A stretch of 64,000 nt of DNA from Pseudomonadota bacterium. Its GTDB lineage: Bacteria > Bdellovibrionota_B > Oligoflexia > Oligoflexales > CAIYRB01. The position numbers and the translations under genes are program-made. Shown here one piece after another: positions 63,328 through 64,000 of this stretch; position 1 is the first letter of the stretch; each line of letters begins with the position of its first letter. The DNA lies in assembly GCA_031416315.1 (NCBI GenBank), contig JANOTL010000159.1:1-64000 (forward strand), read 5' to 3'. The notes below the pieces were generated by a model. It worked only from the letters and a program-made list of their open reading frames with translations. It was not told the origin of the DNA and did not search any database.

Positions 63328-64000
63328 CTACATCCCGACCGAAACCTTCGCGACCCAGTCCCCGACTCCGCCGACGTCCCGAAACGAAACCTCTCCGGTC
63401 AAGGTCACGAACGGCGGCAGCACCGCCACGCGCAAGCCCACCTTTCGCGTAGGCTCGATCCACTTCATCCGATATGCGACGGCATCGGCGGTCTCGCGAT
63501 ACGTCCCCTCGTTCTGCTTCGCGCCGTAGACCAAGTACCCTTGGAAGTATCGCAGGAACCCCATCCCTGCTGCCGCCTCGAGCGCCAAGCTCTTCAGCTC
63601 CGTCGACGCGATCCCGAACGCTTTTCCCGCGCCCGCCCGGACCGAAAGCGCCGGCAAGCCCGGCCGTTCGAACACGGTTCCTTGCACGATCGCCGCGATC
63701 GCCGTCATGCCCGCTTCCGGATCGGCTCCGCCGACTACGGCGAAATCCACGGGCACGGGCGTCCCCTTCACGATCCACGCCCGCGGCAAGCTCGACCGCG
63801 ATTTCTCACCGTCCGCCCCCGGCTGCACGGCGAGCGGTTTGGCGAGGCTCGCCGTCCCGATCCCGATGGCCGTCCCGATCGACCCGTGGGCCCCGGCCGG
63901 CTCGACCATCTCCGGGCGCGTTAAAGCCGCGACCCCGCGCAGATGCGTTTCCGCCGCGCCTCTGCCGACGGTCGCCCGCGGCGTCGCCGTCAGCGGCGTC
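63328..64000 (-). CDS. Outer-membrane beta-barrel-like protein, partial (starts beyond window)
   Basis: Frame is open from 63999 to the stop at 63328; amphipathic strands; ends WVAKVSVGM. Confidence 0.55.
   Translation of the reverse strand, partial: TPLTATPRATVGRGAAETHLRGVAALTRPEMVEPAGAHGSIGTAIGIGTASLAKPLAVQPGADGEKSRSSLPRAWIVKGTPVPVDFAVVGGADPEAGMTAIAAIVQGTVFERPGLPALSVRAGAGKAFGIASTELKSLALEAAAGMGFLRYFQGYLVYGAKQNEGTYRETADAVAYRMKWIEPTRKVGLRVAVLPPFVTLTGEVSFRDVGGVGDWVAKVSVGM

Overview
High-GC bacterial chromosomal window, densely coding (about 50 CDS). I saw no rRNA, tRNA, CRISPR array, integrase or transposase. The gene content (long-form aromatic amino acid hydroxylase, DUF1501 plus CxxCH cluster, many orphan lipoproteins, secreted M1/M28 peptidases, PilZ and GGDEF proteins, NTT-family transporter, MutS2, fused E1 2-oxoacid dehydrogenase) suggests a Bdellovibrionota/Oligoflexia-like, possibly predatory, organism. 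That placement is inference only. Housekeeping genes include folB, mutY, crt/hbd, a pabB-like gene, a ubiB-family kinase, ppk1, mutS2, pilD and olsB/olsA-like acyltransferases. Main hunt results: (1) an operon of three lipoproteins, two of them visibly paralogous, plus a FadL-like barrel behind a sigma28-type promoter; (2) a recurring T(A/C)A(A/T/G)G-N14/15-(G/A)CCGA motif placed mainly before orphan exported-protein genes, a possible FliA regulon; (3) a translationally coupled phhA, PTPS-II-type and SDR operon that may encode tetrahydrobiopterin-type cofactor synthesis; (4) an unannotated 43-aa membrane peptide with a sigma54 promoter and an upstream palindrome; (5) an unassigned structured intergenic RNA candidate; (6) a lipoprotein with three 6-Cys repeats; (7) a membrane-anchored ECF-like sigma factor coupled to a nucleotide translocase-like carrier. 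All calls were made by eye from motifs; no searches were run.
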